A DNA stretch of 63,487 nt, filler included, from Rhabdomonas costata (lineage: Eukaryota): the NCBI GenBank assembly GCA_019059605.1. It is 21 parts of 21 records of this genome, joined end to end, with 100 filler letters (N's around TTAATTAATTAA, not from the genome) between each part and the next. Parts side by side here need not be neighbours in the genome. Positions count along the whole stretch, not along the records: positions 12,101 to 15,023 come from JAHMHO010001724.1; positions 15,124 to 18,047 come from JAHMHO010001725.1; positions 18,148 to 21,069 come from JAHMHO010001726.1; positions 21,170 to 24,092 come from JAHMHO010001727.1; positions 24,193 to 27,247 come from JAHMHO010001728.1; 16 more parts are not named here. The stretch is one strand, 5' to 3'. A program made the translations under genes and the position numbers. The notes beneath the pieces were generated by a model, which had not been told where the DNA came from, did no database searches, and saw only the letters and a list, made by a program, of their open reading frames with translations. Shown piece after piece: positions 12,101 to 24,872 of the stretch. Position 1 is the stretch's first letter; every line of letters starts with the position of its first letter.

Positions 12101-14102
12101 AAGAAACTCCCCTGCGCGTCCGTGCTCCCGGAGATGATCAGAGAGGGCCACCAGGCACATTGCCGGCCCAATAGAGGCCAGGTAGAAGCTCCACGCACGG
12201 AAACCTCCCACGGCAGCCTGCTGGACATCTCGGGCACCTGCAGCAATGGAGTCCAGGGCATTGCATACAAAGTAGCGTTGAAAACACCATTGCCCCGTTG
12301 GCATTCTAAAAGAGTGGGACCGCGGACGCTTTGTAACCAGGCAGGTGCGTTAGCATGAAAACCTTTCGGTAGTGCAAACAGAACAGAATTCGGAAAAGTT
12401 GTTCTTGTTTGGGCTCTCTCTTACTGTCCTAATATCCTCTGTGAGTCACCTCTAAGGTCTCAGGGTGTGGGGTGAATCGGCTCCCTTTTCCGAGCTGATA
12501 CCCCCTTTCTCGCCGCCTCTTTAACACGGTCGTGGGTGTCACGTCAAACCCTTAGGCTAGGCTGCCAAGAGAAGAGGGGCCACAAGAGATAAAAAAAATG
12601 CCACCCGAAGGGCCACCGCCAGGAGATGCACAGACGGCCTCGCAGCCTGTTTTGCCTTATACAGTCAAAATGAAGACCCAAAAGGAGTTTCAGCTTCAGC
12701 CCCACAAAACAGGGTTAATGTAAACTTTCGCTGATTCGTTCGGAAAATGCACGTTTGTCATCAAGTGCGACTCTGTGCACCTCTGTGTTATTATCAAACA
12801 GGTGGTGAAGGATCTAGGGATGAAAGGAAGGAGGCAGTACTTGCGGGGACGGACATTACTCCGGTACAGCGCCAACGCTGGTCCCCCTCACCCACCCAGG
12901 CCTCGCGGTAGCTTAGCGCCAGGGAGACGATGGTGGCCCTCAAGGAACCCTTCCCCAGGTCCGGCACTACACCAGTGATCTCGGAGCAGCCACCCGCTCC
13001 TTCAGTAGGCCGGGGATGCTGAAACACCACCGCAAAGCGGTGCACCCCGGACAGACCAGCACGATTGCCTCCTCGGCCGGCCACAGCCTCCGCGGTGGAA
13101 GTAGAGGTCGCGGAGGCTAAACCGACATCTGCGGGGTGAGGATGGGGGTGGGCAAGGGGGCCACAGTGCAGCGGACCGCTCCCTATGTAGGAGTCGCCCC
13201 ACTCCGAGGAAGAAACCCATGCATGGTCAGCACTGAAGGCCTCAGAGGGGTTGCCGAGATCCACCACTCGGGGACAAGAGCGGTGCCCTGCTTCTGAGAA
13301 AACGAACGCGTGTGCATGAAAAAGAATGTAAAGAGAACAACTTTCGCGATAAGGACATTTTGAAGCCCGAGAAGAAAATATATTACGCCGAGACATGGCC
13401 TGGAGTTGGATATTAGGTGTATTTCCAATTCTCCAACTAACGCTTCAAGAATACGCCATGAATTCCATTCCAACATATCTGATACACGTTTTTCTGTTGC
13501 TCTGTTGCGTGGGCACGTGACAGGAATCACCCTGCCCCTCCGACGCTGTCGCATCACCATCGTTATTCCAACGCAGAACACAATTCCACCCTCATCTCTC
13601 GAACCGCCACGTCCGGGCAGATATCAACAAGAAGCCAGGTGCTGCGACCAAAATAAAGGTTCGCGAGCGAAAAGACAGCGGACTGAAAAAAGAGGAGAAT
13701 TAGGCAACAGTACCAAAATCACTTCGGCTGTCTTCGGAGCCCTGCTGGTGGAAATCCCAAGGGCACGACTCCAGCTCGTCCACCATGTTGCCGTCCAGAA
13801 GGCACCCCACAATAGCTCCCGGATGACTACAACAAGCAACACACCACGCAAAGCGAAGCAGCGAAAGCGGGAGAATTTGAGACAGTAAAATTGCACAGAC
13901 AGCACAGCGGGGCCAGAGGCACAGCCTTTCCCCCCCAAAAAAATGGCAACAGAGATGTGTCATGACACATTAATCACAAGAATATGACAGAATCAGAGAG
14001 AGAGAGCAGAGATAAAGTCACTCAGCGTGCATGAACACAGACGCACTGCTTGCAGAAGTCAACGATGCGCTTGATGTAGAGTTGAGGGTCAAGCAGGCCC
14101 TG
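12101..14102 (-). CDS. Probable multi-exon hypothetical gene
   Basis: GC-rich blocks bounded by pyrimidine-AG and GT near 14102-14045, 13820-13720, 13292-12840 and 12270-12101. No recognisable motif. Confidence 0.25.
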
Positions 14103-15654
14103 TGCAGCAAACCCACTCAAAGTGTGTTTCAATTCAGAAACATACCAATAAAAACCCGCACCACCAGCCTTTCACTCACTTTCACTTCACATGGGCACAT
14201 ATATGCAAAGAATCAGACTGATTTCAAAATGAGGAGCGCCGTTTCAGAACGCACGCAACGACCGTGGGAGAAGAACCAACCAACCAAAAACCCATGCAAG
14301 TCAACTCATTGCCTGTGTGTGCGGGCGCGTAGCGCACCGGCTGATGCGGAGATGGTTTTGTGTGTATGGATGTGAGTGCACAAGAAATAATTTTCCACGA
14401 CATTGTCCCTGAAATCCGCGTTTCCCGGGTAGCTTTGCACCCCGCAACATCGTCCCTCATCACCGTCCATCTGCCTTATAGCGCTAAGCAGATGCCTGCA
14501 GCGTGGGAACAGGGGGAGCGGACCCCAGTGAGGCGCGAAGCTCGGCCTCCAGGGCAGTTGACGAGGATTGCTCCTCCCCCTCCCCTAGCTTGGGAATATC
14601 TGCGCCAATGACCAGGGCTGGGAGTCAAGAAATATCCCGCTTCTCAAGCATTGTTTTCAAGCTTGTGGCCCTTCGCACAGACTCTAAAAAGACACATGCG
14701 TAGTTACTCATAGCCTCAAAATCCCCTTTTTACCTTTTTGCATCTCATAAATTGGAGAACAAAGCTCGTGTGAGCGAGGCGGTGACGCGTTATGCGGACG
14801 CCCACAGGATTTTATGGAGGACTCTCACAAATCTACAGAAGTGCTGTGATTGTTGTTTTGTCCTGATATCGGACTCTGCATTCCCGTTACACGTATTTTT
14901 TTGGTAGTTCAACGGGGTAAGTGAAGAGGGATAAGCCGATTCTCTAAGCCGGTTCAAAGACGCTGCTTGTTTGCAACACTTTGCAGCAGTGTCCTCATTC
15001 AAAGGACGAAGGGCAGGCACCAANNNNNNNNNNNNNNNNNNNNNNNNNNNNNNNNNNNNNNNNNNNNTTAATTAATTAANNNNNNNNNNNNNNNNNNNNN
15101 NNNNNNNNNNNNNNNNNNNNNNNACCGAAGCAAGTGGTTCTACCCCCCCCCATTTCCGATGAGGCCCCCGACGATTGATGAGGTTCCCGAGGCCGGCTGA
15201 AGAGGCTAGATAGGCCCACCTGGTAGAACCCCCAGAACAGCGATAAGAGAAAGAACTGTACTGTTACAAAATGAAGGGCCGCGAATGAAAGGACGGGGCG
15301 CATATGAAAAGACCTTAGAGACCGCTGCTCCGGCTTCACCTTCTGCAGCGCATAAAAAATGTCCGAAGGATTGCCGACAGACTTATTACATTTCGTGTGG
15401 GATGTGTTTTGATTACATTCGATGTGGGCCGGAAGGGGGGCTACGAGTGGAGAACGAGAATTGGCCCTCCACATCAGAAGAGGAACGGCTGGTAAGTCTA
15501 TGTTTATCTGAACGTTCAAAGCCGCAACATCAAAATTGGCTCAAGCAAACCACACCATTGCCCGGGGATGAGAGGCTTCGAGGGCCACTGTGGGCACCTT
15601 ACGCCTTCGCAAAGCGTGGCAGGCCCTCCTCCACAGGCAAATGCAAACAAAGCC

Positions 15655-16654
15655 CACATCCAAGCGGTCCACGGAGGCCATCCAGTTGGTAAGCAATTCG
15701 AGAGAAGCGGAAGGGGGCACCAGCGTGAGCACAGGTATCCCCTGGTTGGTGGGAAAATATGGACCTGAGGCCGTCATCACCGCCTCCATAAGCGACACGC
15801 AATCTGTCCATAACAACACAGCGCAAGCGAAAGTAGACACCCATCGGTACAACGTGCGTTGCGATTTTTCACAATCTGCGCTCTTGCCAGTCGCGTGCCT
15901 CCCCTGTGGCTCCATCAAATTACTGAGTCTGCAAGTAGCGCTTTTCAAATCCCCTGTCAAACCCTGAAACCTGATCACATCTTCAATCTTTTCAGCAGCT
16001 GGAAAATGCTGGTCCCTTCGGGTTCTTCAAAAGCCTTTTGCTTTGCCACTCTCACATTATTGGCATTCTGCCGAGGAAACAGAAATCACGACGAGACCTA
16101 CCTAACATACACAACAACGCAAACCTGGAATCATCGAACTATACCACACCATATTCACATTCACCAGGCTTGACGTCCGATGTGCGAACAACGTGCGAAA
16201 GAATTAAATACATGACCAAATCAATCGAAGGATTAGTCAAAGTAAGGTGGTGTACCAATGGTGAATTGGATCCGGTGCGCCGGTCGCATGGTAAAGTTGC
16301 TCTCAATGCGTACTGACCGGTCCGATAACTCTGTCGAGCCGCACGTCACGAGGGATGACGCGCGGGATGATGGGCGGTCCACAGGACCAGGTAGCCTGCC
16401 ACCGCTGCGCTGGGCAAATGACTGACACATATGTCTGAGCGCAAACCAATGGTCCTGCTTCCCTCCAAAGTGTTCTGCCTCGCGATGCGAACGAAAGCCC
16501 AAATGTGACACAGCCGGAGGAGAGCTTCTCTGTGTTAAAGGCAGCTGTGGTGCTAATGGTGTTGGTATGGGGGCAGCGGAGTCCCAGTCCCGTAGAATGC
16601 ACCACAAGGGGAGCACGCCAAGAAAAAGAGCTGACGCCAAGAGCCACCATTTCA
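15655..16654 (-). CDS. Putative type II membrane protein, possibly a glycosyltransferase (partial, spliced)
   Basis: N-terminal signal anchor MKWWLLASALFLGVLPLW followed by a Pro-rich stem. The downstream block PVLTLV...LELLTNWMASVDRL weakly resembles nucleotide-diphospho-sugar transferases. Confidence 0.3.
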
Positions 16655-17392
16655 TCCAAAAAAAAGACAAAAACAGGCGCGCGAAGAAGAGAAGACTAGA
16701 AAAAAATGCAACCGATGGGTACTCAACCTCACGCCCGTTTAAGAATAGAAAAAACAAGCAACGGCAAAGAATGGTCAAAAACAATGGGTTTGGAAGCTTT
16801 TGACCCCCCCCAGGGAAAACGTTGCCTAGTTCTACGGAAAGGCCTGCCTGAGGTATCAACCAAACGGAATGGGCTCTTTGTTTCGGCTTTCCCTCGGACC
16901 TAAAGAGTTCAAGCGACAAACTCAGAGCTGCACGACCAATTGCAAAGTAGGCTGCAAAAATGATGACAGCGATAAAGCGGGGAATACAATGGAACAGGAC
17001 GTATTATCGTTGAACTTAGCACCCTTCCAAACTCACCAGGAATGGCGGCAGATATGGTGGTTGAGCTTCCCAACCACACACATTTCAAGAAGACCTTGTG
17101 ACCCTTCCAGTTTTCCAGTTCACGTCATAGATTCCGAGTCAGCATGTATGACGGCAAATAAGGTTCACAGCGACAGCCCTGACGCAGCCGACAGAACTTC
17201 CCTCCCGTGCATCCCGGTACAAAAAGGAAGGATAGCAAAAAAAAAAATTCGAACAAGAACAATGCGTCCCTTCCATTACAACAGCTGTCACGGTCAGAGC
17301 CAAGAGTCAAAACGCCAACGTCAGCAGAAAAAGAAAATCAACCCAACCTCCCGCCTGGGGAACACAGAATGTCGAAAGCGGATCCAGACTCC

Positions 17393-17973
17393 TCACTTGT
17401 CAGTTTCCATGGGGGTCGGGCCTTCCGACTTCTTCTTGGAGGCCTTCTCTTCCGCTTCCGCGGCGGCCTTGGCCTCGACTTCCGCTTCCCTCACAAGCTC
17501 TTGGGGCACGTGTTGATACTTCCTAAAAAACACATATCAGTTGAACACCATCCAACCGAGTTGCCGCAGTGGCTCTCAATCAGTTGGCTCGTCAATAATT
17601 CAGCACGCAAGAGCAAAAACCGTACAACCCGACCTGCGACCTTGGTGTGGGTGACTCCCTGCGAAAGCGTGACTCCGGTGAGATGGGACTTTCTAGTCAC
17701 CAAGACAAGGGGTGTTAGAATGACAGAAACGCCAATAATGTGAAGAGAATGGTCCGCACTCTTGCGACAAAACAGCAGCAAAAGAGTGATTTAAGCAGCG
17801 ACCATAATTGCCAATAACAGTTGAGAAAAAGAGAAAAAGCGTGTATATGACCCATTTTAAAAACAACCTCAACTTCAACAAAAAAAAAAGCACACCGTCC
17901 ACTTTCATCGCTCACCCAACCCATTTCCAGCTCCCACAACTTGTCTTTCGTCGAGTCGTGGCCGAGGTAGATG
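17393..17973 (-). CDS. PSMA3: 20S proteasome subunit alpha7, last two exons (17973-17896, 17522-17393)
   Basis: IYLGHDSTKDKLWELEMGWVSDESGR|KYQHVPQELVREAEVEAK matches the alpha7 C-terminal pattern HDEVKDKAFELELSWV..G.H..VP....EAE..AK. GT-AG intron. Confidence 0.9.
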
Positions 17974-18194
17974 CTGAATGATGACAACAAAATCGTACCG
18001 CAACCCAGTGTATTGTTTGTGCCATTTTTAGGAACCCACCAAAACCCNNNNNNNNNNNNNNNNNNNNNNNNNNNNNNNNNNNNNNNNNNNNTTAATTAAT
18101 TAANNNNNNNNNNNNNNNNNNNNNNNNNNNNNNNNNNNNNNNNNNNNGGTGCGGTGCTTGTCCTGACCTGTTTGCCTTTGTGGGTGTGTTGCAG

Positions 18195-18845
18195 GACATG
18201 CAAGTGGGCGGGCAACTCGTGTGCAATGTGCTTGACCAGAGTCGCCTGTCTCACAAGTTCGGTGCTTCTTACAAGCTCAACAAGGATACAACTTTCGCGT
18301 GCCTGCTGTATGCATTTTGTTTCCCTCATCGCTGTGCTTGTCTTCAATGGAACAGCGCCCGGTCCCTGTTTTCTCTGGGACTCTTTCTTGTCACAGGGAA
18401 AACAGGTCCCGAACAACGGGAGGATTTTCCACCAAGCAGAATGGGGTCTGCCCTCTTTTCTTTTCGGTACTAGCCTTTTCAAAAAAAAAAAAAGCAAATA
18501 TTATAAATTGTGCGTGTCCTCCTCAACAGTGGACCTTTGCCGGAGAGTACAGCGTGAACGTTAACGGCAGCGATGGACTGATCACTCTTGGGGTGGAGAC
18601 CCAGTCCAAGACTGGTCAGACGTTCAAGGCCCGCATCGACACAAAGGCATGGCTTCACTACCTTACCGAGTTCAGTTTCTTGCCACTTCTTTCCACTTCC
18701 CAAGATTCCGTCGCATTTCTTTTAGGGTGCCGCTGCGGTTGCAGTAGTACAAAAGCTGAGCCCAGAGCTGAAGCTGACCTCCTCTCTCGAGTTCAGCGGA
18801 TCCAAGAACTCCAAGTGGGGCGCCACCCTTGCTTGGGAAAACTAA
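18195..18845 (+). CDS. VDAC: Mitochondrial porin (VDAC) paralog A, 3' part; exons 18195-18307, 18397-18445, 18530-18646, 18726-18845
   Basis: Amphipathic beta-strands. ITLGVETQ...TFKARIDTK|GAAAVAVVQKLSPELKLTSSLEF...KWGATLAWEN* fits the VDAC C-terminus and beta-signal. Confidence 0.8.
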
Positions 18846-20032
18846 GAGTGAGGCGTGGGTGCGGAACTGAGACTCCAGCTATTATTAGTACGGTCGTTTT
18901 TTTCGAAAGTTTTGTCAGTGTTCTCGATGCGTTGACTTGCGCTTGGGGTTTGCAGTCTCGCCGCTTATAGAGTTTGTGCAGTACACAGTTTTTGTGGACC
19001 AAGTGCATTGTGGTTTTTTCGGGCGTGGGCGCAAAACTCAACCCAGATTGGGCAAGGGTGAGCGAAAAGGGAGGTAAGAGAATTGAAAACATGTCCCGTA
19101 AAAACCATTGGCTGACTCTATGGGACCACGGAATTTGTGCGTTTTTCGTTCCTCAATACTCCTTGTTCAGCTTGGGAACAGAAATGTTGGCTCAGTCAAG
19201 AGTATTGGTGCTGTCAGGCGTTTGCCTGCACTTAAGTGTGTGGAGGGGTGTTTGCGTCTGCAACTGAGGTTCGGGGTTTTGTCCATTTGGGTTTGCCCAC
19301 CCTGAACCCATTTTTGGGAGCCTCTTCTTGCCCCTCTGCAGCAAAGGGCTTTCGCCCAAATCCTGAGCGTTTCATCGAACTGATGATCACAGCCCTGAGA
19401 ACGGTTCTCGCGGGCTGATGGAGCTGCGTTGTGCTGGGTTGTGACAGTGTGGTAGGGAGGTAGCTGCCCCTCTGTTCTCTGGCGGCCGCACGAAATGCCG
19501 GGTAAAGCCCTCCCTTCCAACATGCGTGAACAGAGTATTTTCGGAAGTGCGGGCGTCCGGGTATGTTTTGGTTTGGGTGACCGGGACAGTGTGTGCGTTC
19601 GTAAATGTACGAACGCACACACGAAAGAAAAAGACGGAGGAGAAGGGGAAAACGGGAAAGAAAATGGAAGAAAAAAAGCTTCTTGTTTTCTTATGGAACA
19701 CAACGCTGTATCGGGGCACGTGGTGGCATTGCCTCCCTGAGGAGGCGGTTTTTTGTCTCATCCATTTTTTCTTCGATGACATTTTTCCGGGGCCCAGGAA
19801 GCTGCAAAGGCCCTTTTTTCCTTTGCATGTGCCGTTCGGTCCCAAGAGCCTTCTCACCATAAATTTTTTGGTTTTTTCTTGCACGCAAACACTTTATCTC
19901 ACCGAGACGTTTCTCTTTCCTGGTTCCCAACTCTTCATTGGTTCTTGAGAGAACAATTCACCCCCACTCAATAATCAAAGGTCACGCCACATCAAAGCCG
20001 TTTACCTCCGCATACTCTCTTTTCTGCTGCAG

Positions 20033-20976
20033 ATGCGCTGACGAAGTCCTACTGCGGAGAGACCCACAAGCTTGAGGTCACCGCCAAGGCCGATGCTGTC
20101 AAGTTCAGCCCAAGCTTCACTCGGGACAGTTCGGGAAACCTCGCCGCGTCCTTCTCCGTGGAGGGCGACTACGTGCCCTGCAAGCACGCGAAGACAAAGC
20201 TGAAGTATGGGGTCACCGAGAAGGGCATCCTGAGCACCAAGCTGACGATTGACAGCATGCCCAAAGCGAAGGGTAGGCTTGCCTTACTGTGCTTTTCGCT
20301 TGAAATCTTTTTGTTTTTTCATTTTCGTGTTCGTGTTGCAAGAGGGCGAATCCCGCCGAAGAGCAGAAAACCTCCTCCTTGTTCTTCGCATTTCAGGTCT
20401 GAAGTTGGAAGCTGTTGCGGACATGGGCATTGGCTCAGACCTAAGCAAGGACAAGTATGAGCTCAAGGCAGAGCTGAAGCACGACAAGGCGACGATCATT
20501 GGCTCTGTGAAGCAGGTATTTTGAATCTCATTCGCCCAAAATAACATCACTCCAAAAATGTGGCCAGTTCGGTCGCTTACCACCGCCACTGGTTTTGCAA
20601 TGCAATGATGAGCTTTGCTCGTCCCGACCCAGCAGTGGGGTCACTGTTATTACGAGGACAGCGGGGACATTTTGTCGTTAATCGAGGCCTGGGCCGCTGC
20701 ACATGAATTGTTTCTCGCTCGGCTTGGTTTTGTGGCGCGCATTTTTTACAGGACATGTCTGCGGAGCTTTCCTGTGTCATGGCAGCGCAGGTCAATTGTG
20801 CAGTGGGCTTTCCTTGCGGATCTGCGGTAGTTTCCGTTCTCGGACGTCAATTTAATTGTCCAGGACCTTCAAGTGGGAGCCCAGCTGGGCTGCAACCTGA
20901 GCTGCCAGAAGCTGTGCTGCTCACAGTTCGGGGTGGCGTACAAGGTCAACAAGCAGACCACCATTGCTTGCATTCT
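20033..20976 (+). CDS. VDAC: Mitochondrial porin (VDAC) paralog B, 5' part; exons 20033-20272, 20397-20515, 20752-20790, 20864-20976
   Basis: DALTKSY..THKLEVTAKADAVKF fits the VDAC N-terminus. Exon DLQVGAQLGCN...FGVAYKVNKQTTIACI aligns with paralog A exon DMQVGGQLVCN...FGASYKLNKDTTFACL, with identical intron positions. Start exon not identified. Confidence 0.78.
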
Positions 20977-21169
20977 GTATGACAGAGAAGGATGCCCATG
21001 CCTCTGTCCTCCCTTCTTTCATCTGCACTGAATCTCAGGCTGACAAGAGCAAGCCATGGAAGAACACCCNNNNNNNNNNNNNNNNNNNNNNNNNNNNNNN
21101 NNNNNNNNNNNNNTTAATTAATTAANNNNNNNNNNNNNNNNNNNNNNNNNNNNNNNNNNNNNNNNNNNN

Positions 21170-23776
21170 GCTGGCGTTCAGCTCGCAGTCGGGCAGCATG
21201 CAGGGGGTGTCCTACACTGGTCTTCCGGCGTACATTGGTGTGCCCTTATGTCTGAATGGGTTTGTCCTTCTTGAAATTGTAGGTGTGAAGAGCAGCGAAA
21301 CTGTATTTCGCGCAGAATTGTAAAGATCTATTTCCGAGGGTAGGTGTTATGGTAACCCAACAGCCAAAAAGGATATTTGCTAATCACAGTTTATCGTCAT
21401 TGTCCTCAGGACGAGCAAAAAGCTTACAGCTATGTGCTTTTGCCCCTTACATTTTTGCTTCCATTGCTTCACCCTCCAACTCACCCCCGCTAAAATTAAG
21501 TTATCGCGTCCTCACCTTTTTCCTTCCTCACTTTTCTTGCAGCCTATGTCCCGGTGGACTGCCTGACGGACACAGTGCTGGTGTTGACAGTCACCACCGC
21601 AGCCCTGCAGAAGAAGTTCATGCCCATCATCCTGGCCTCCGCCAACGCTGCCAACGCCAATACCCGAGCCCAAGGCCAGACCACACTAGAGCTCCTTGTG
21701 GTATCCCAGGCTACTCCTGGGACCCCGCTGACGACGATGGACCCGAGCACGTGCAGCGGGGGCACCTGTGGGTACGACCAAGCCTCTGCGCAGGCCATCT
21801 CGGCGGCCGTTCGGGGAGTCGCCGACAGCCAGATGATCATCGCAAGCAGCTACCAGCGCAAGGAGGTGCTTGCGGTGGCGGCCCTGCTGCCTGAGCTAAA
21901 CACCACGTTTGTGATGGAGGTGACGCTGAATGAGCTGAAGGAGGAGATTGTCGAGCAGTTGGGTGATGTGGGGGACGTGATCAACGCAGAGCTCAACGGC
22001 ACGTCGGAGCTCATGATTGCGCGGCAGGTGAGTGTCAACGGCACGACCCGGGCCCAGCTGCTGATGAAGCCGAAGTTCAACTGCAGCGGTGGGCCATGCC
22101 CAACCCTCGCCTTGAGTACTTCCGCGCTCAGCCTGGCCACCACACAGTGTGCCAAGGGAGTCACTCAGGAGACCGACTACCGGGGAGCGAGCGTCCTTGC
22201 GGCGTATGCCTGTGTTCCAGACCTTGGGGTTGGGATGGTGCTGAAGATGGATGATCAAGAGCTCGTCAACAAGAGCATTGCTCAGGCTGCGCAATATGCT
22301 AACGACCAGAACTCACAGGAAGGTGGCTCGCTGGAGCTTCTGGTGGGCACGCAGTACCAGGGCCGTTCCGATGTCATGCGATACCTCTCCAACTTCAAGT
22401 TCCGCGATACGGACTGCAGCAAGCAGCTTTGCTTGAGCACCAGTGTTGCGGCGCATACCATTGCTCAAGCGCTCGCGGCGAAGTCTGTAGCTGGTCAGCT
22501 GATTCGAGGAGTGGACTACCGTGGGAAGCAGACCATCCTGGCGGTGGATATGATGCCTGAGCTGGGCATTGCGTTTCTGCTGAAGATCGACGTCAGCGAG
22601 GTGGAGTGGCCATTGATTGTGAACCTGCTGATCCTTCTTGGGGCGGCGTTCGGCATCACGCTTCTTGGGGTTTTGGGGCTTGGGTTTTCTGCCCGGCACA
22701 TGATCAACACGATTGAGGATACGTGGGAGCGTGGCCGTGCGGAGGTGTTTCTGTGTGGTTTTTTATTGGGCATGTTGTATTTTCTGTGGATCAACCCGTT
22801 TCGAAGACTCTATAGTTTGGTGGGTCGGTGGACTTTCTTGCTGGACCTTCAGCAAGCGGCGATGTTTAGTGGCACGGAAGGATGCTGCCAGAGTATTTTC
22901 AGAGTATACAACATGGGTGTAGCGCCGTCATCCTTGAATGCTCCATTTATACACGCCCCACACCCACGGCTTTCCGAAGCGCCCCTTTGCGAGAGTATTT
23001 TTCGATGCATCGCTTCCTGCCCATCTCATCCATCTAATCGATTTCGTTGTAGGTGAGGAATCGCCTGACTCCGCAAAATTGGAATTCAGCAAAAACCGAC
23101 CTGCCACTAACCCCCCAAAAAGCAAACCTCGTCGGAGGTTGCTCTCACACCGCTGCTGAAAATGGAGTTCCAGGTGCTGGCAAACACCTGAAACTGTTCT
23201 CTCTCCGTAGGTGCAGAAACAGAAGGAGTCCTTCGAGAGGTTGGTCTCGGCGCTGTACCCACCGTTTGCCTCGGAACGGCTTCTTGCTGGGGATCCTCAG
23301 ATCGTCGTGGAGGTGCCCAAGGTTACTGCATATTTGTTTTCCCCTGACTTGAGTTTTTAGCCAACGACCTGCCTCTCCTTGCACTAACCACTAACCAGAC
23401 GAGCACCCTCCCCCTTTCGGCCGCTTCCTGACAGCAAACGATTGCCTCACTTAATGCTTGCGTTTCCAGGACATTGGAAGCCATGACGTTGCATTCTACA
23501 CAGGTTCGGGCGGGATCGCTATCTTATGCTTTACGCCACCATTGAATGTGCGGTCCATTTCTCTCGTGGTAGAGCATTTTCCTGTGCCTTCTACTGCTTC
23601 TTTTTTCACTTTGGAAATTCTCTCGCACGCTCCAGGCAACGATCTTCTTCAGCGACATTTGCAACTTCACGGCGTTGTCCAATAACCTTTCCGCGCTGGA
23701 CATGTTGTCATGGATTGGGTACAACTTCCGGGTGATCGACCAGTGCGCGGCACACTACGGCATTCACAAGATCAAG
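21170..23776 (+). CDS. Receptor-type class III adenylate/guanylate cyclase with repeated Cache-like ectodomain; exons 21170-21237, 21543-22744, 23211-23321, 23636-23776
   Basis: Repeats of DYRG..VLAAY..VP.L..G.V.K.D..E, one TM helix (LIVNLLILLGAAFGITLLGVLGL), signalling helix ERLVSALYPPFASERL, and cyclase start ATIFFSDICNFTALS...YGIHKIK. All introns are GT-AG and in frame. Confidence 0.88.
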
Positions 23777-23950
23777 GTGTGTGCGTGTGCTTGGACCGGA
23801 GGCAAAATGCCTTTTGATTGCGACCGAGAATGAGGCTGTCGTGTTTTTTAGGGTCAGCTGTAGATCGCTGTGGGCCCTCACGGTGTACCGACACGAATAG
23901 CTTGGTGGTGGCCATCTGTCACAGAACTCTCATCAGGCACGGGTGGGCAC

Positions 23951-24088
23951 GGGGGTGAATGTAGGGGATTTCCAATGCTATTCTCGTGCGGACCCCAGAG
24001 CGATGCTTTGGGTACTGGGCCTGTATCAAAGTTTTCAGCAAGGGGGTCCGCACGAGAATAGCATTGGAAATCCCCTACATTCACCCCC
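23951..24088. repeat. Perfect 46-bp inverted repeat at a contig end
   Basis: gggggtgaatgtaggggatttccaatgctattctcgtgcggacccc (23951-23996) has its reverse complement at 24043-24088. Confidence 0.9.
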
Positions 24089-24736
24089 ACCCNNNNNNNN
24101 NNNNNNNNNNNNNNNNNNNNNNNNNNNNNNNNNNNNTTAATTAATTAANNNNNNNNNNNNNNNNNNNNNNNNNNNNNNNNNNNNNNNNNNNNGACGGGAT
24201 CCCGGTGCCGCAAGGATAATTAATCATATTAACAACGGATTTTAAGTGAAAAAAGTAATGGATCAAGGAGGTGTAACCAGACCAGACAGAAATAAAGGAA
24301 CATCAAATAATGCAACAACTTTCACGCCGCGCCATTGAACCATTATTTGTGTTGATCCTTCATTAACACTTTTCATGGTCACGGTAAAACACAGAAATAT
24401 TGGAAAGGGGTGATAACCCAATCGCCGCCAATCACCCAATCGACGCCATTCTCCCGGGACCACGGGGCTGCTTCGCTGCCCACTCTAGTGGGCCTCGGGG
24501 TTACCCACGTTTCTATTTTGCATTTCAGTTGAACATTCAGTGTAAACAGGAAACAACACGGGTTGTGTGCAACGGACCTTTGGGTGTTGTCATGACTTTT
24601 CTTTTTTTTTCGGAATGTTTTGGTTTTTGTTTGCTGCTGAGGGTGTCCGTGTGCACGGGGTGCAGGGGCAGAAGCCTTTCTTTGTTTCCTTCGTGGGAGG
24701 GCTCGGGCTCTCCTCCTCTGCTTTGTGTGAGCGTCG

Positions 24737-24828
24737 ATGTGCGGCATTCTTGCGATCCTGGGCATTGCCAAGGGAGGAGACTCCCTGCGGCAAACTGCGC
24801 TTCATCTCAGCCGTCTGCTGCGACACAG

Positions 24829-24872
<44 letters not shown>

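Noticed and set aside
22745-23056. C-terminal ~100 aa of the 500-aa ORF
   Set aside because: It is read-through into an intron; the donor at 22745 splices to 23211 and yields the cyclase.
23951-24088. Perfect hairpin as an ncRNA or MITE
   Set aside because: It is mismatch-free, ends at the contig terminus next to an A/C primer tail, and is best explained as a fold-back amplification chimera.
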